A stretch of DNA of 64,000 nucleotides from an uncultured delta proteobacterium. Lineage in GTDB: Bacteria > Desulfobacterota > Binatia > UBA9968. Positions 39,911 through 50,554 of this stretch are shown in pieces. The stretch's first letter is position 1, and each line of letters starts with the position of its first letter. The translations under genes were made by a program, and so were the position numbers. The notes below the pieces were generated by a model. The model was given only the letters and a program-made list of their open reading frames with translations. It made no database searches and was not told the DNA's origin. Location of the stretch: the NCBI GenBank assembly GCA_963745835.1, contig CAVUZH010000003.1, forward strand, positions 32,001 through 96,000, written 5' to 3'.

Positions 39911-40930
39911 ATGAAACTAAAATTCTGCTTGTTCATTCTTGCCATATGTTTCGTTTCAATTCCCCGAGCGCGCGCGCAAGATCCTCAGCTTGTCCAGGCG
40001 GCGCGAAAAGAAGGCAAGGTCGTTTGGCATACGTCCTTAGCGTTGCCCTCTTCGACCGCAATCTCGCATTACTTTCAAGGTAAATACAAAGGCATCGAAG
40101 TGGAAGTGCACCGTAACGGCTCGCAGCGGGTTTTGCAAAGATTCATGCAAGAGGCGACGGCGGGATTGAAGAATGCCGATATCGTGCATACTTCGGACGC
40201 CGGTCACTTTGAGCTTTTGAAAGACAAAGGGATGCTGCTGAAGTTCACTCCGCAGAGCGTTGCCGGTTTTCCCGACGGCTTCAAGGATAAGACCGGATTT
40301 TACTATGGCATGAGGGCTACGCTTTCAGTCATCGCTCATAATCCGAAAATCATTGCGGAAAAAGATGCGCCGCAAACCTGGAAGGATCTTTTAAATCCCA
40401 AATGGGGCGGCAAGATGGTCACCGCTCATCCCGGCTACAGCGGCATTATTATGACCCATGTGCTGGCGCTGGTGAACGTTTATGGCTGGGACTATTTTCG
40501 CGATCTGGCGAAAAACAAATTGCATATCGTTCAATCAGCTAATGATCCGGCGGGCGTCGTCGCATCGGGAGAGCGGCCGGTGGGTGTCAATGGAGCGGAA
40601 TACTTTTATTACAAGACATTGAAACAGGGTAATCCGATCAAGATCATCTATCCCAAAGAGGGGGTTCCGTTGGTGGTTTCACCGGTGGCTATTGCCAAGG
40701 ATGCGCCTCATCCCAACGCGGCGAAACTCTTCACCGAATTCATTTTTTCTAAAGAGTCGCAGCAGCTGTTGGCGGATAAAGAAGGTCTGTATACCGGCCA
40801 TCCCGAGGTGACCTATCCGGCGGATAAGCCCAAGCTCAAGGATCTAAAGCTGCTGGCAGCCGACGCCGACGAACTGGAAAAACGCAATGCCGAGATAAAG
40901 AAGCGTTTCACCGAATTTTTCGGCGCGTAG
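39911..40930 (+). CDS. ABC importer solute-binding protein (Fe3+/polyamine family)
   Basis: Signal peptide; AARKEGKVVW, APQTWKDLLNPKW, APHPNAAKLF. Confidence 0.9.
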   Translation: MKLKFCLFILAICFVSIPRARAQDPQLVQAARKEGKVVWHTSLALPSSTAISHYFQGKYKGIEVEVHRNGSQRVLQRFMQEATAGLKNADIVHTSDAGHFELLKDKGMLLKFTPQSVAGFPDGFKDKTGFYYGMRATLSVIAHNPKIIAEKDAPQTWKDLLNPKWGGKMVTAHPGYSGIIMTHVLALVNVYGWDYFRDLAKNKLHIVQSANDPAGVVASGERPVGVNGAEYFYYKTLKQGNPIKIIYPKEGVPLVVSPVAIAKDAPHPNAAKLFTEFIFSKESQQLLADKEGLYTGHPEVTYPADKPKLKDLKLLAADADELEKRNAEIKKRFTEFFGA

Positions 40931-40944
40931 CAGAGAAAATATTC

Positions 40945-42672
40945 ATGCCGACTCCTCAAATCGGGACGCTCGATCGGGCCAGCGATAACGGTTGGTCTGC
41001 CTTTCGGCTCAAAGATCCCACCTTTCCAGTTTGGATCGGCGCGGCGCTTCTTCTTGTCTTCCTGATGGTGTTGCCGCTGGGCGCGATTTTTCGCGCCAGC
41101 TTGTGGGGTGACACCGGGCTCACATTGAGCAGATATCTCGAGGTCTTTACCGACGAGCAATCTCTTAAGGCGATCTGGAACACCCTTATCATTTCTACCT
41201 GGGTCGGGGTGCTCGCGGTGATCGTCGGCGCTCTGCTCGCTTGGTTGGTGACACGCACCGATCTGCCCTGGAAAAAACCGATCCGCGCGCTGGTCATGGC
41301 CTCGTTCGTGACGCCGCCGTTCCTGGGAGCGTTTGCCTGGACCTTGCTCGCCGGACCCAACGCCGGTGCACTGAACAAGCTCTACCGCGCCGTCACCGGC
41401 TCTGAAGATGCGATCTTTAATATATTTACGATGCCCGGGCTGATTTTCGTCATGGCGCTCTACAGTTTTCCCTACGTTTTTTCCATGATCGCCAATGTAT
41501 GCGAGCTGATCTCCTCTGATCTCGAAGATGCCGCGGAGATTCTCGGCGCGAACAAATGGCGCACGGCTTGGACCGTCACCTTGCCGCTAGCGCTCCCGGC
41601 GCTGATCGGTGGCTTTATCCTGGCTTTTCTTCATTCACTGTCGCTCTTCGGCGCCCCGGCCATACTCGGCTTGCCCGCCGGCTTGCACACGATCACCACA
41701 CAGATATGGACACTGTTTCAATATCCGCCGCGCCTGGACATGGCGGCGGCTTTTTCCGTGCCGCTGCTCTTAGCGACAATGGTACTGATCGTCGCGCAGA
41801 AAAAAATTCTCGGGCGCAAAGGCTATAGCACCGTCGGCGGCAAAGGCGGACAGAAACGGTTGATCCACCTCGGCTGGGGACGTATTCCCGTATTGCTTTT
41901 AGTTTTTGGAATTCTCTCACTTTCGGTTTTCTTGCCCTATTGGATACTGCTCAAGGCGGCGCTCTCCAAAGCGTGGGCGCTGCCTTTAACGTGGGATAAT
42001 TTTACTCTGCACAATCTGTCGTTTACTTTTTTCGAGTACGGCGACACCCAACGGGCGATCTACAATACTTTTAAGCTGGGCCTGATCACGGCCACCGTCG
42101 GCACCCTGTTGGCGACGCTCATCGCCTACATTACCAATCGCAATCTGTTTCGTGGCGCGCGCTATTTGAGCTTTTTCGCGCTGGCGCCGCTGGTCATTCC
42201 CGGCATCGTTTTAGCGGTGGGTCTGTTCATCGCCTACACGCGGCCGCCGCTGGTGCTCTACGGCACCGTATGGATTCTGTTCGTGGCTTTTTTGACCAAA
42301 GAAATGCCTATCGGATTTTCGCAGGCGGAGTCCACCTTCAAGAGCATTCATCCCGAGCTCGAAGATGCTAGCCGGATCATCGGTGCAAACCGGCTGACCA
42401 CGCTGAAGGACATTACCGCGCCGCTGGCGCGCTCCGGACTGATCGCCGCCTGGTCGTTCATCTTTATCGGCGTCATCCGCGAGCTCAGCGCAGCGATTCT
42501 CTTGTTCGCCCCGCAGTCGAAAGTTGTTTCGGTGGTTATCTTCGACCTCAAAGAAGAGGGCCAGATAGGAGTCATTGCTGTTTTAGGAATTCTCTTGCTG
42601 GTGGTGTCCTTCGCGGTGATCATCACCGTCCAACGGCTGGCGGGACGGGACGTGGTGGCGACGCGGGAATAG
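40945..42672 (+). CDS. ABC importer permease (FbpB-like, duplicated TM domain)
   Basis: Two EAA loops: LEDAAEILGA and LEDASRIIGA. Confidence 0.92.
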   Translation: MPTPQIGTLDRASDNGWSAFRLKDPTFPVWIGAALLLVFLMVLPLGAIFRASLWGDTGLTLSRYLEVFTDEQSLKAIWNTLIISTWVGVLAVIVGALLAWLVTRTDLPWKKPIRALVMASFVTPPFLGAFAWTLLAGPNAGALNKLYRAVTGSEDAIFNIFTMPGLIFVMALYSFPYVFSMIANVCELISSDLEDAAEILGANKWRTAWTVTLPLALPALIGGFILAFLHSLSLFGAPAILGLPAGLHTITTQIWTLFQYPPRLDMAAAFSVPLLLATMVLIVAQKKILGRKGYSTVGGKGGQKRLIHLGWGRIPVLLLVFGILSLSVFLPYWILLKAALSKAWALPLTWDNFTLHNLSFTFFEYGDTQRAIYNTFKLGLITATVGTLLATLIAYITNRNLFRGARYLSFFALAPLVIPGIVLAVGLFIAYTRPPLVLYGTVWILFVAFLTKEMPIGFSQAESTFKSIHPELEDASRIIGANRLTTLKDITAPLARSGLIAAWSFIFIGVIRELSAAILLFAPQSKVVSVVIFDLKEEGQIGVIAVLGILLLVVSFAVIITVQRLAGRDVVATRE

Positions 42673-42675
42673 TTC

Positions 42676-43770
42676 ATGGCGATCGTCTCGATACGAGGAC
42701 TCACCAAAAAGTTTACCGACGCGGCCGCCGTCGACGATCTTCATTTGGAAATCGGCGATGGCGAATTCGTCTCGCTGCTCGGTCCGTCCGGTTGCGGAAA
42801 GACCACGACGCTTCGTTTGATCGCCGGATTTCTGCAACCGGATGCTGGGGAAATTTGCGTCGGCGGCGCAGTCATCTCCTCGCCATTCCAAATGGTGCCG
42901 CCGGAGCGGCGCAACATGTCGATGATTTTTCAAAGTTACGCCGTCTGGCCGCACATGACAGTGGCGCAAAACATTGCCTACGGACTCAAGTTTAAAAAAC
43001 TCAGCAAGCAGCAAATCGACGCGAAAGTCACCAAATTGCTCGGCGTCGTGCACTTGTCGGAGTTGAAAGACCGCTATTCCGCCGAGCTCTCCGGCGGACA
43101 GCAGCAGCGTGTGGCGCTGGCGCGGGCGCTGGTTGTCGAGCCGCAAATCTTACTAATGGACGAGCCGTTGAGCAATTTGGATGCGAATCTGCGCGAAGAG
43201 ATGCGCTTCGAGATCCGGCGGCTGCACGAAGAATTCGGTATCACGACAGTTTACGTGACTCATGATCAAGCCGAGGCGATGGCCACATCCGACCGGGTCG
43301 CCGTGCTCAATCACGGTCGAATGGTCCAAGTCGGGCGGCCGGCTGAAATCTTCGACTGTCCCAAAACCCGGTTTGTGGCGGAATTCGTCGGCAAAGCCAA
43401 TATTCTCTCCGGCCGACTCGATGGTGACAATCGAATGCAAATAGCCGAGGGACTGGCAATTGGCGTGATGCCTAATCCGGATCTCGCTTTAAAGACGGGA
43501 GAAGCCTCGGTTTGTTTGCGGCCACACAACATCGTGCTGACCGCTGCTCAATCGGAAGCAGAGACCCTTGCGCGTCAGGATTATAATATGTTCTCGGGTG
43601 TGGTTCAGCGAAGAATATACTTCGGCGAGAGTGCTGACTACACCATCGATCTCGCTCCGTATCCATTCACGCTACGCGTCGTCGGCTCACCATCTAAGCT
43701 TTATGACAAGGGCCAAAAGATTTTCGCATTGGCACGGCCCGAACACTGCGTTGTTGTAAGTAATCATTAA
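42676..43770 (+). CDS. ABC importer ATPase (FbpC/PotA-like)
   Basis: GPSGCGKTT, LSGGQQQR, LMDEPLSNLDA, TOBE-like C-terminus. Confidence 0.94.
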   Translation: MAIVSIRGLTKKFTDAAAVDDLHLEIGDGEFVSLLGPSGCGKTTTLRLIAGFLQPDAGEICVGGAVISSPFQMVPPERRNMSMIFQSYAVWPHMTVAQNIAYGLKFKKLSKQQIDAKVTKLLGVVHLSELKDRYSAELSGGQQQRVALARALVVEPQILLMDEPLSNLDANLREEMRFEIRRLHEEFGITTVYVTHDQAEAMATSDRVAVLNHGRMVQVGRPAEIFDCPKTRFVAEFVGKANILSGRLDGDNRMQIAEGLAIGVMPNPDLALKTGEASVCLRPHNIVLTAAQSEAETLARQDYNMFSGVVQRRIYFGESADYTIDLAPYPFTLRVVGSPSKLYDKGQKIFALARPEHCVVVSNH

Positions 43771-43990
43771 GCGACCCGAAACAACCCAGACGGTCCATTT
43801 TCCTGTTCTCTTGATCCAATTATTTTCGGCTGTTATACGCTACAATACGTCACCTAGGCGATTCGAGTCCTGCCCAGCATCGTCGCCCGGCCCGGCTATT
43901 TAGCAGCGGTAATTTAAATGCATTTTAGCGCGGACGGGTTAACCTGAGGTAAATCCTAGGATCAGTTTTGACAGTGAGGAATATCAATAC

Positions 43991-45235
43991 ATGGCTGATT
44001 ATGTAAAAGAGCATTACGACTTTCCCTTGACTCAGAAGAGCGAGAATAAGCCGCTAACAGGCGTGCGCGTGATCGATGCCGGCAATATGGTTGCGGCGCC
44101 GTTTGCGACCGTCTTGCTCGCTGACTTTGGCGCCGATGTCATTAAGATCGAGCATCCCAAATATGGCGACGGCCAGCGCAAGCTCGAACCGATCATGAAC
44201 GGCATTCCGCTGTGGTGGAAGGCGGTGGCGCGCAACAAGCGCTGCATCACCCTGGATCTGGGCAAGCCGCAGGGCGCGGAAATCTTCAAACAACTGATCA
44301 AAGGCAAGGATGTAATTGTCGAAAATTACCGGCCCGGGACTTTCGAAAAGTGGGGAATCGGTCCGGATATCATACGCGGCATCGACCCGCGAATTATTCT
44401 GCTGCGCATCTCCGGATTCGGTCAGACCGGACCTTACAAAAATCGCGCCGGATTCGGCCGCGTCGCTGAGGCCATGAGCGGCTTGACCAACTTGATCGGC
44501 GAGCCGGACGGGCCGCCGATGTCGCCGGGCTATCCGCTTGGCGATTTGATTGCGGGGATATTCGGATCGTTATCGATCATGATGGCGCTGTATCATCGCG
44601 ATCTCCACGGCGGCCAAGGGCAGGTGATCGATCTCGGACTTTTCGAAGCGGTCTTTCGTTTCTTGGATTTCGATCCGATTCAGTATGACCAGACGAAGAC
44701 GGTACACATGCGCACCGGCAATCGGGTTGCTTACGTGGCGCCCAGCTCGATGTTCAAGACCAAAGACGGCAAATATCTGACCCTGGCGGCGAGCACGCAG
44801 AATGTCTGGGAGCGGCTTGCCGATGCGATCGGGCGCAAGGATCTGATCACCGATCCCAAGTTCATCGACAATTCAGCACGGGTGGAAAACTCGATCGAAT
44901 GCAACGGCATCGTCGGCGCATGGATCGGACAGCAGACGCGCGACGAGGTGATCGAGCACTTCGATAAATTCGGGGTGGCCTACTCGGCAGTCTTCGACAT
45001 GGAAGATGCTTTCCGCGACCTCCAATATCGCGCGCGCGAAGCGATGGTGCGGGTGCCCGACCCGGACCTCGGCGAAGCTATCGTGCAGAACGTGGTGCCC
45101 AAGTTTTCTGCGACACCGGGTTCAGTAGACTTTCTTGGCGCCAAGATGGGCGCGCATAATGAAGAGATTTATGGCAGCGAGCTTGGCTTATCCAAAGAGC
45201 GCTTGAAGGAACTTAAAGACGCAGGGGTTATTTAG
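43991..45235 (+). CDS. Class III CoA-transferase (CaiB/BaiF)
   Basis: PLTGVRVID, RNKRCITLDL, ENYRPG, Asp in PLGDLIAG. Confidence 0.92.
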   Translation: MADYVKEHYDFPLTQKSENKPLTGVRVIDAGNMVAAPFATVLLADFGADVIKIEHPKYGDGQRKLEPIMNGIPLWWKAVARNKRCITLDLGKPQGAEIFKQLIKGKDVIVENYRPGTFEKWGIGPDIIRGIDPRIILLRISGFGQTGPYKNRAGFGRVAEAMSGLTNLIGEPDGPPMSPGYPLGDLIAGIFGSLSIMMALYHRDLHGGQGQVIDLGLFEAVFRFLDFDPIQYDQTKTVHMRTGNRVAYVAPSSMFKTKDGKYLTLAASTQNVWERLADAIGRKDLITDPKFIDNSARVENSIECNGIVGAWIGQQTRDEVIEHFDKFGVAYSAVFDMEDAFRDLQYRAREAMVRVPDPDLGEAIVQNVVPKFSATPGSVDFLGAKMGAHNEEIYGSELGLSKERLKELKDAGVI

Positions 45236-45432
45236 TCCTCCGTGACCCGTCGCGATATCAGCAGGGCGACATCGCTGTCGTCTGGTGGTAAGGACGATTC
45301 CACAAGAGTTTCCAACGAGCAACAGCGAGTCAAACTTTTAAATCCGCCTGAATAACGAAAATGCGCTGTCAATATTTACTGTCGTGCTTGCGCGGCAGGC
45401 TTTGACGACCTCGATGGCATACGCCGCAAATC

Positions 45433-46207
45433 GTGAATCATCTCCTCGAACTCCTCACCCAGGGTACTAATCTTTCGCCGGCCGGATTTTTAGTTCTTTG
45501 CGGCGTGTCTTTTTTTTGGCAGCGTTATTGCCGGCGCATTAGGACTTGGCGGCGGTGTGTTGGTTCTTGCGACCATGGCGAATCTTCTATCACCGACGGT
45601 GTTGGTGCCGATTCACGGCGTGGTGCAGCTTGCTTCAAACCTAAGCCGGGCGGTTTTAAGCTGGCGTCAAACTTTGATGTCGATTGTGGCGCCGTTTTTA
45701 ATCGGCTCGATCGTCGGCGCTGCTCTCGGAGCTCAACTTGTGGTCGCGCTGCCGAAGTATTTGCTGCAGATCGTTATCGCGGTTTTCATTTTAGCCTCGA
45801 CCTGGGCGCCGAAGTTCCAAAGTGCTTCCACCAGCGGGATCAAATTTTTCATCGTCGGCGTGATCACCACCATCGTGACAATGTTCGTAGGCGGGACCGG
45901 TGTGTTGGTGGGAGCGTTTGTCGCTCCGGCATGCCATGGGCGTCACCAGTTCGTCAGCACACACTCTGTGGTGATGACGATCCAGCATGGTCTAAAGATC
46001 GTGAGCTTTGCGGCGCTCGGTTTTGCCTTTGGTCCTTACATCCCGCTGCTGGTCGGACTCGTCCTGTGCAGTTTCATTGGCAGTTATGCCGGTAAGCTGG
46101 CGCTCAATCGCCTCCCTGAGCGGATTTTTCGCATCGCTCTCAAGACGACTCTGACAATTCTCAGCTTGCAGTTGTTCTATACTGCGCTGAGTCAACTTAT
46201 TGCCTGA
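45433..46207 (+). pseudogene. TauE/SafE (TSUP) family membrane protein, +1 frameshift in a T8 run
   Basis: Removing one T from 45510-45517 gives VSFFGSVIAGALGLGGGVLVLA and joins the two ORFs. Confidence 0.8.
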
Positions 46208-46335
46208 TGAATGCTTGAAAAGAGCTCACATAGTAAGGCCGAGTGCTTTTACTGAGTGCAGACCTGTGCCTGGATCCTTATTAGCCGGACGACTTGAGCT
46301 TAGATTGATATCTGCGGTCAAGAGAAGACCTTACG

Positions 46336-46397
46336 GCAGAGGGCGAAGGACGCGCAGGGGAGGAGGAATTATCCCGCCACGCTCTTTGTCCTTCTGC
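46336..46397. repeat. Imperfect palindrome between convergent genes
   Basis: GCAGAGGGCGAAGGACGCG pairs with CACGCTCTTTGTCCTTCTGC. Confidence 0.45.
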
Positions 46398-46432
46398 GTT
46401 TAATCCCTGCCGGACACTTTTGTGTACATTGC

Positions 46433-47476
46433 TCAAATGAGGGGTCGAATTTCTGCGGGCACCACCGGCACCGTAATCTTTGCGGAACGCCGGAGGATCG
46501 TCAGTGCGCTTTCGACGCCGATCTTTTCGTCCGTCAAGTGTGTGTGCAAATCATCCACGCCCTTGATTGCTTCGCCATCCATCGCAATGATCACGTCTCC
46601 TTCCAAGAGTCCTGCCTTTTGTGCGGGGCTGTCTTTCTCCGCCGACAAAACCAGCACGCCGCTCGCTGTCGCCATGCTTAACTGACGCGCGAGCGAACGA
46701 GCAATAGTGACATTTTGCCCGGCGACTCCCAAGAAACTCCGTCGTACCCGGCCATCGCGGATCAAACGGGCAGCAACAAATTTTGCGGTGTTGACAGCGA
46801 TGGCAAAGCAGATGCCTTGAGCCGGCAGAATAATCGCTGTATTGACGCCGATCACTTCTCCCCGAGAGCTCACTAGCGGCCCGCCGGAATTTCCTGGGTT
46901 GAGCGCGGCGTCAGTCTGGATCACATCGTCGATCAGCCGTCCCGAATTCGAGCGCAGCGATCGCCCCATCGCGCTCACCACCCCTGCCGTAACGGTGCAT
47001 TGAAAGCCGTAGGGATTGCCCACGGCGACAGCAAGCTGGCCGACTCGTATGCTGTTGGAATCGCCGAGTTGGGCAGCTGCAAGATTCGGCGCATCAATTC
47101 GGATCACCGCCAAATCAGTATCAGGATCATCTCCGATCAGACGCGCCGGATAGCGCCGGCCGTCGGAGAGCGCTACATCGATGCGCTCGGCACGATGGAC
47201 CACGTGGCTATTGGTCAGGATGAATCCATCCGGCGTAAAGATAAAACCCGATCCGCTTCCTGTCAGCGGATTCGGTCCGCGTGAACGATTTCGTGCAGGA
47301 TCAGCGGCCTTATGTTGGATGTCTATATTGACTACCGAAGGGCTGATTTTTTCTGCTGTCTCAATGACCGCGACGGAGTAGGCATCGAGTAAAGCGGCAT
47401 CATCCATACGCGGACGGCTTGCTGCCTCCGTTGCGTTGAAATTTTCGTTGGAGACAAGATGCAATACAGGCTTCAT
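46433..47476 (-). CDS. HtrA/DegP-like trypsin protease with one PDZ domain, no signal peptide
   Basis: GSGSGF, TNSHVV, DLAV, TDAALNPGNSGGP, SPAQKAGL. Confidence 0.93.
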   Translation of the reverse strand: MKPVLHLVSNENFNATEAASRPRMDDAALLDAYSVAVIETAEKISPSVVNIDIQHKAADPARNRSRGPNPLTGSGSGFIFTPDGFILTNSHVVHRAERIDVALSDGRRYPARLIGDDPDTDLAVIRIDAPNLAAAQLGDSNSIRVGQLAVAVGNPYGFQCTVTAGVVSAMGRSLRSNSGRLIDDVIQTDAALNPGNSGGPLVSSRGEVIGVNTAIILPAQGICFAIAVNTAKFVAARLIRDGRVRRSFLGVAGQNVTIARSLARQLSMATASGVLVLSAEKDSPAQKAGLLEGDVIIAMDGEAIKGVDDLHTHLTDEKIGVESALTILRRSAKITVPVVPAEIRPLI

Positions 47477-48071
47477 GGTTTCCTTTCGCGTATAAACCAA
47501 GGAAATTTAAGTACGCGTGACGGCTTTGTAAAGGCCGGACGTGAGTGACCGTTGTGTCTGCGAATTTCTCGCGGGGGAACCTGATACGAAACTTTTCTGT
47601 AGGACTGATGGTTCACGGATGGGAACCTCGGAATGGAGAGGTGGTATTTTGTCAGCGGGGTTGAAAACCATCAGATGGAGGGGAAGTCCCTGATTATCAT
47701 GTTTTTAAAGAGATCGCGTTAATTCAGGAGAGTAGTTAACTGGCAAGGTTCGAAACAGCGGCGCTTTAACCGGCTTACCGCCCCGATCAAGCTAAAATCG
47801 GGGGTAGGCCGATAACCAAGCGCCAAGCAGAAATCGGCTCAAGCTCGCTGAGCCAGCTCGCGCGGCTGAGCCGATTGTGGATGATTAAAAGAAGAATATC
47901 CTAAAATTACACATTCTCAGCGGTTCCCACCTGTTGTAGGGCGCCCCTGCGTAAATGTCGATCTGTGGGAGTTTCCAAGCAATTGTGCTGTGTGCTGATC
48001 TTTTTCTTGACGCTTGCTGCTATATGGGGTACAAACACCGCCAGCTTTTTTTGAGGATAGGGGTCGTTTTG

Positions 48072-48317
48072 ATGTCGCGAAAAATTGCTCGAATCTGCCC
48101 GCGCTGCAACGGTTATTTAGGAGTTACCTTAGGAGAACGGTCACGTAAGTCGATGACGCAAGCGGTCAATGGCTCGTGTCTTGTCTGCAGCCATAAGCTA
48201 ACCTGGACCTTAGTGCATGGATCGCGTCCTACCAAAGGCGATAACTCCGGGCGGATTCCCAAATTATTTGGCCGATTGACGGCTAACCCGCGGATCATAC
48301 CCACCAATAATCAGTAA
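48072..48317 (+). CDS. Small putative zinc-binding protein
   Basis: CPRC and CLVC pairs; GAGG/AGGGG upstream of the ATG. Confidence 0.55.
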   Translation: MSRKIARICPRCNGYLGVTLGERSRKSMTQAVNGSCLVCSHKLTWTLVHGSRPTKGDNSGRIPKLFGRLTANPRIIPTNNQ

Positions 48318-48428
48318 ATCGCCTAATACGGCAATCCTTTCGGGGCACGACGTTTTAGCATCGTGCTCGCCTTAACATCGCGCAAGTAAGCTGTGTTTTA
48401 ACGCTCGTAACCAGCATGGGCCTATGAC

Positions 48429-49325
48429 TTAACGTGAGGAGCTTGGGGTCGTGGAGCTCATTTGATTAGCTTCATCAAGTGGAACCTCGAAAGTATACTC
48501 CTGCCCATGACTTAGATAATGAACTCTGTGTTCAAGCCCCGCCTCCGCTACTTCGCGCTGAAAGTCTGAAAGCGGCGATTTAAAAACATCGTAGTCGTTA
48601 TAGTGAATCGGAATCGCAAGAGCGGGATCGACGATCTGCATCGCATCAACTCCTTGCTTGCCGTCCATCGTGACCATAATGCCAAGTACTCTCGTGCCGC
48701 CCAAATGCAGCAGCCCCAGGTCAATATCCGGATAGCGCCGTGGGATCTCCCGCAGATCATCGATCACCAGGGTGTCACCGCTGATGTAGATCCTGAACAG
48801 AACCTCGTCGGATGATGACTCAAATTCCAGCATGCTTCCCATGACCTCGGGTAGCACCAACTCTGACAGCGGCGGACCATGGCGGCCGGGTAGTGCCGTA
48901 ATCCGGAGACTAACTTCACCTTTGCCGATGGTCATCGACGACCATGTATCCAGTGGATGGGCGTTTGCGAAGCCGCGCTCTCGAAGCTCCTTGGTCGCTT
49001 CGTTCGTGGTCACTATCGGCAGAGCTTTGTCCAGCTCCCGTTCGGCAACCTGATCGAAGTGATCGCCATGAAAATGGGAGAGAACCACCAAGTCCAGGGG
49101 CGGCAGCTGATGGATCTCCATCGCCGGGTTCGTCAATCGTGTGGCGTGCATCCCATAACCGATCGAAACCTGTTCATGCATGTGGATAAAGGTAGGGTCG
49201 GTCAGAATCGTATAGCCCGCATAACGAATCAGAACGGTGGCGTTGCCAATGAAAAAAATCGAGCCCTTGACGATGTCGGCCGCCTCGCCGCCCGGTGTTA
49301 AGCTTAATCGCTTGGAAGTTGCCAT
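48429..49325 (-). CDS. Metallo-beta-lactamase-fold hydrolase
   Basis: ILTDP, SHFHGDH, GRHG, SGDT, IPIHY. Confidence 0.9.
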   Translation of the reverse strand: MATSKRLSLTPGGEAADIVKGSIFFIGNATVLIRYAGYTILTDPTFIHMHEQVSIGYGMHATRLTNPAMEIHQLPPLDLVVLSHFHGDHFDQVAERELDKALPIVTTNEATKELRERGFANAHPLDTWSSMTIGKGEVSLRITALPGRHGPPLSELVLPEVMGSMLEFESSSDEVLFRIYISGDTLVIDDLREIPRRYPDIDLGLLHLGGTRVLGIMVTMDGKQGVDAMQIVDPALAIPIHYNDYDVFKSPLSDFQREVAEAGLEHRVHYLSHGQEYTFEVPLDEANQMSSTTPSSSR

Positions 49326-49353
49326 TGCTTGCCCCTCTTCGAAAAGGCGCGGT

Positions 49354-50532
49354 TTACAAATCCGGTTTCAGAACGACTTTTATGCAATCATCCTGCTTGT
49401 TAGTGAACATATCGTACCCATTAGGCGCGTCGTTGAGCGACATCCGATGAGTTATCACGAAACTCGGATCGATCTCGCCTTTTTCGATCCGTTCAAGCAA
49501 TGGCTTCATATATCGCTGAACGTGTGTCTGCCCGGTTTTTAAGGTCAGCGCTTTATTCACGAAAGCGCCAAGCGGGATCTTATCGTCAAACCCTCCGTAG
49601 ACGCCGGGAACCGATACCGTGCCGCCCTTACGGCACGCCAGGATTGCCTGGCGCAGAACGTGTGGGCGATCGCTTTCCAGCATCATTGCCTGTTTGACTC
49701 GATCATACGCACCAATAATCCCCGGCATATGAGCTTCCAAACCGACGGCATCGATGCAGGCATCAGGCCCGATGCCGCCGGTTATTTCCATCAATCTCTC
49801 GTATACGTCATCTTCTTCGTAGTTGATGGTCTCGGCAGCGCCGGCTTTTTCGCTAGCCATGTGGAGCCGTTCCGGAAACCGGTCGATGCCTATGACTCGC
49901 TCGGCGCCCAGCAGGTTGGCACTGGCTATGGCAAATTGACCAACAGGACCGCAACCCCATACCGCAACGGTATCGCCTGGCTGAATATCGCAATTTTCCG
50001 CTGCCATGTATCCGGTGGGAAAAATGTCGGAAAGAAACAAAACCTTTTCATCCGGCAAGCCTTCCGGAATCTTGATAGTGCCGACGTCGGCGAATGGCAC
50101 CCGAGCGTATTCCGCCTGGCCGCCAGCAAAGCCGCCAAGCATATGCGAGTAGCCATAAACTCCGGCGGGGGAATGGCCGAATAATTTTTGAGCGATAGGG
50201 GCGTTTGGGTTGGAGTTCTCGCAGAGGGAGTACATTTGTTTTTGGCAGAAAAAGCAGTTGCCGCAGGAGATCGGAAAGGAAGCGACTACCCGATCGCCGG
50301 TGCTCAGGTTTTTGACCTCGCTGCCGACTTCCATCACCTCGCCCATGAACTCGTGGCCGAGAATATCGCCCTTTTCCATCGTCGGGATGAAGCCGTTGTA
50401 TAGATGCAAGTCGGAGCCGCAAATCGCCGTTGAGGTTATCTTGACAATGGCGTCACGGCGGTTAAGGATCTTTGGGTCGCTTACTTCTTCAACGCGCACA
50501 TCGTGCTTGCTGTACCAGCAATTAGCTTTCAT
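49354..50532 (-). CDS. Zn-dependent alcohol/formaldehyde dehydrogenase-like MDR
   Basis: ICGSDLH, GHEFMG, CGNCFFC...[15 protein letters not shown]; AGGAGG RBS. Confidence 0.93.
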   Translation of the reverse strand: MKANCWYSKHDVRVEEVSDPKILNRRDAIVKITSTAICGSDLHLYNGFIPTMEKGDILGHEFMGEVMEVGSEVKNLSTGDRVVASFPISCGNCFFCQKQMYSLCENSNPNAPIAQKLFGHSPAGVYGYSHMLGGFAGGQAEYARVPFADVGTIKIPEGLPDEKVLFLSDIFPTGYMAAENCDIQPGDTVAVWGCGPVGQFAIASANLLGAERVIGIDRFPERLHMASEKAGAAETINYEEDDVYERLMEITGGIGPDACIDAVGLEAHMPGIIGAYDRVKQAMMLESDRPHVLRQAILACRKGGTVSVPGVYGGFDDKIPLGAFVNKALTLKTGQTHVQRYMKPLLERIEKGEIDPSFVITHRMSLNDAPNGYDMFTNKQDDCIKVVLKPDL

Positions 50533-50554
50533 CGGGTCCTCCTGTTTAGATGGG

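Noticed and set aside
43855-43880. TTCGAGTCC, tRNA T-loop-like
   Set aside because: No acceptor, D or anticodon stems and no CCA can be built around it.
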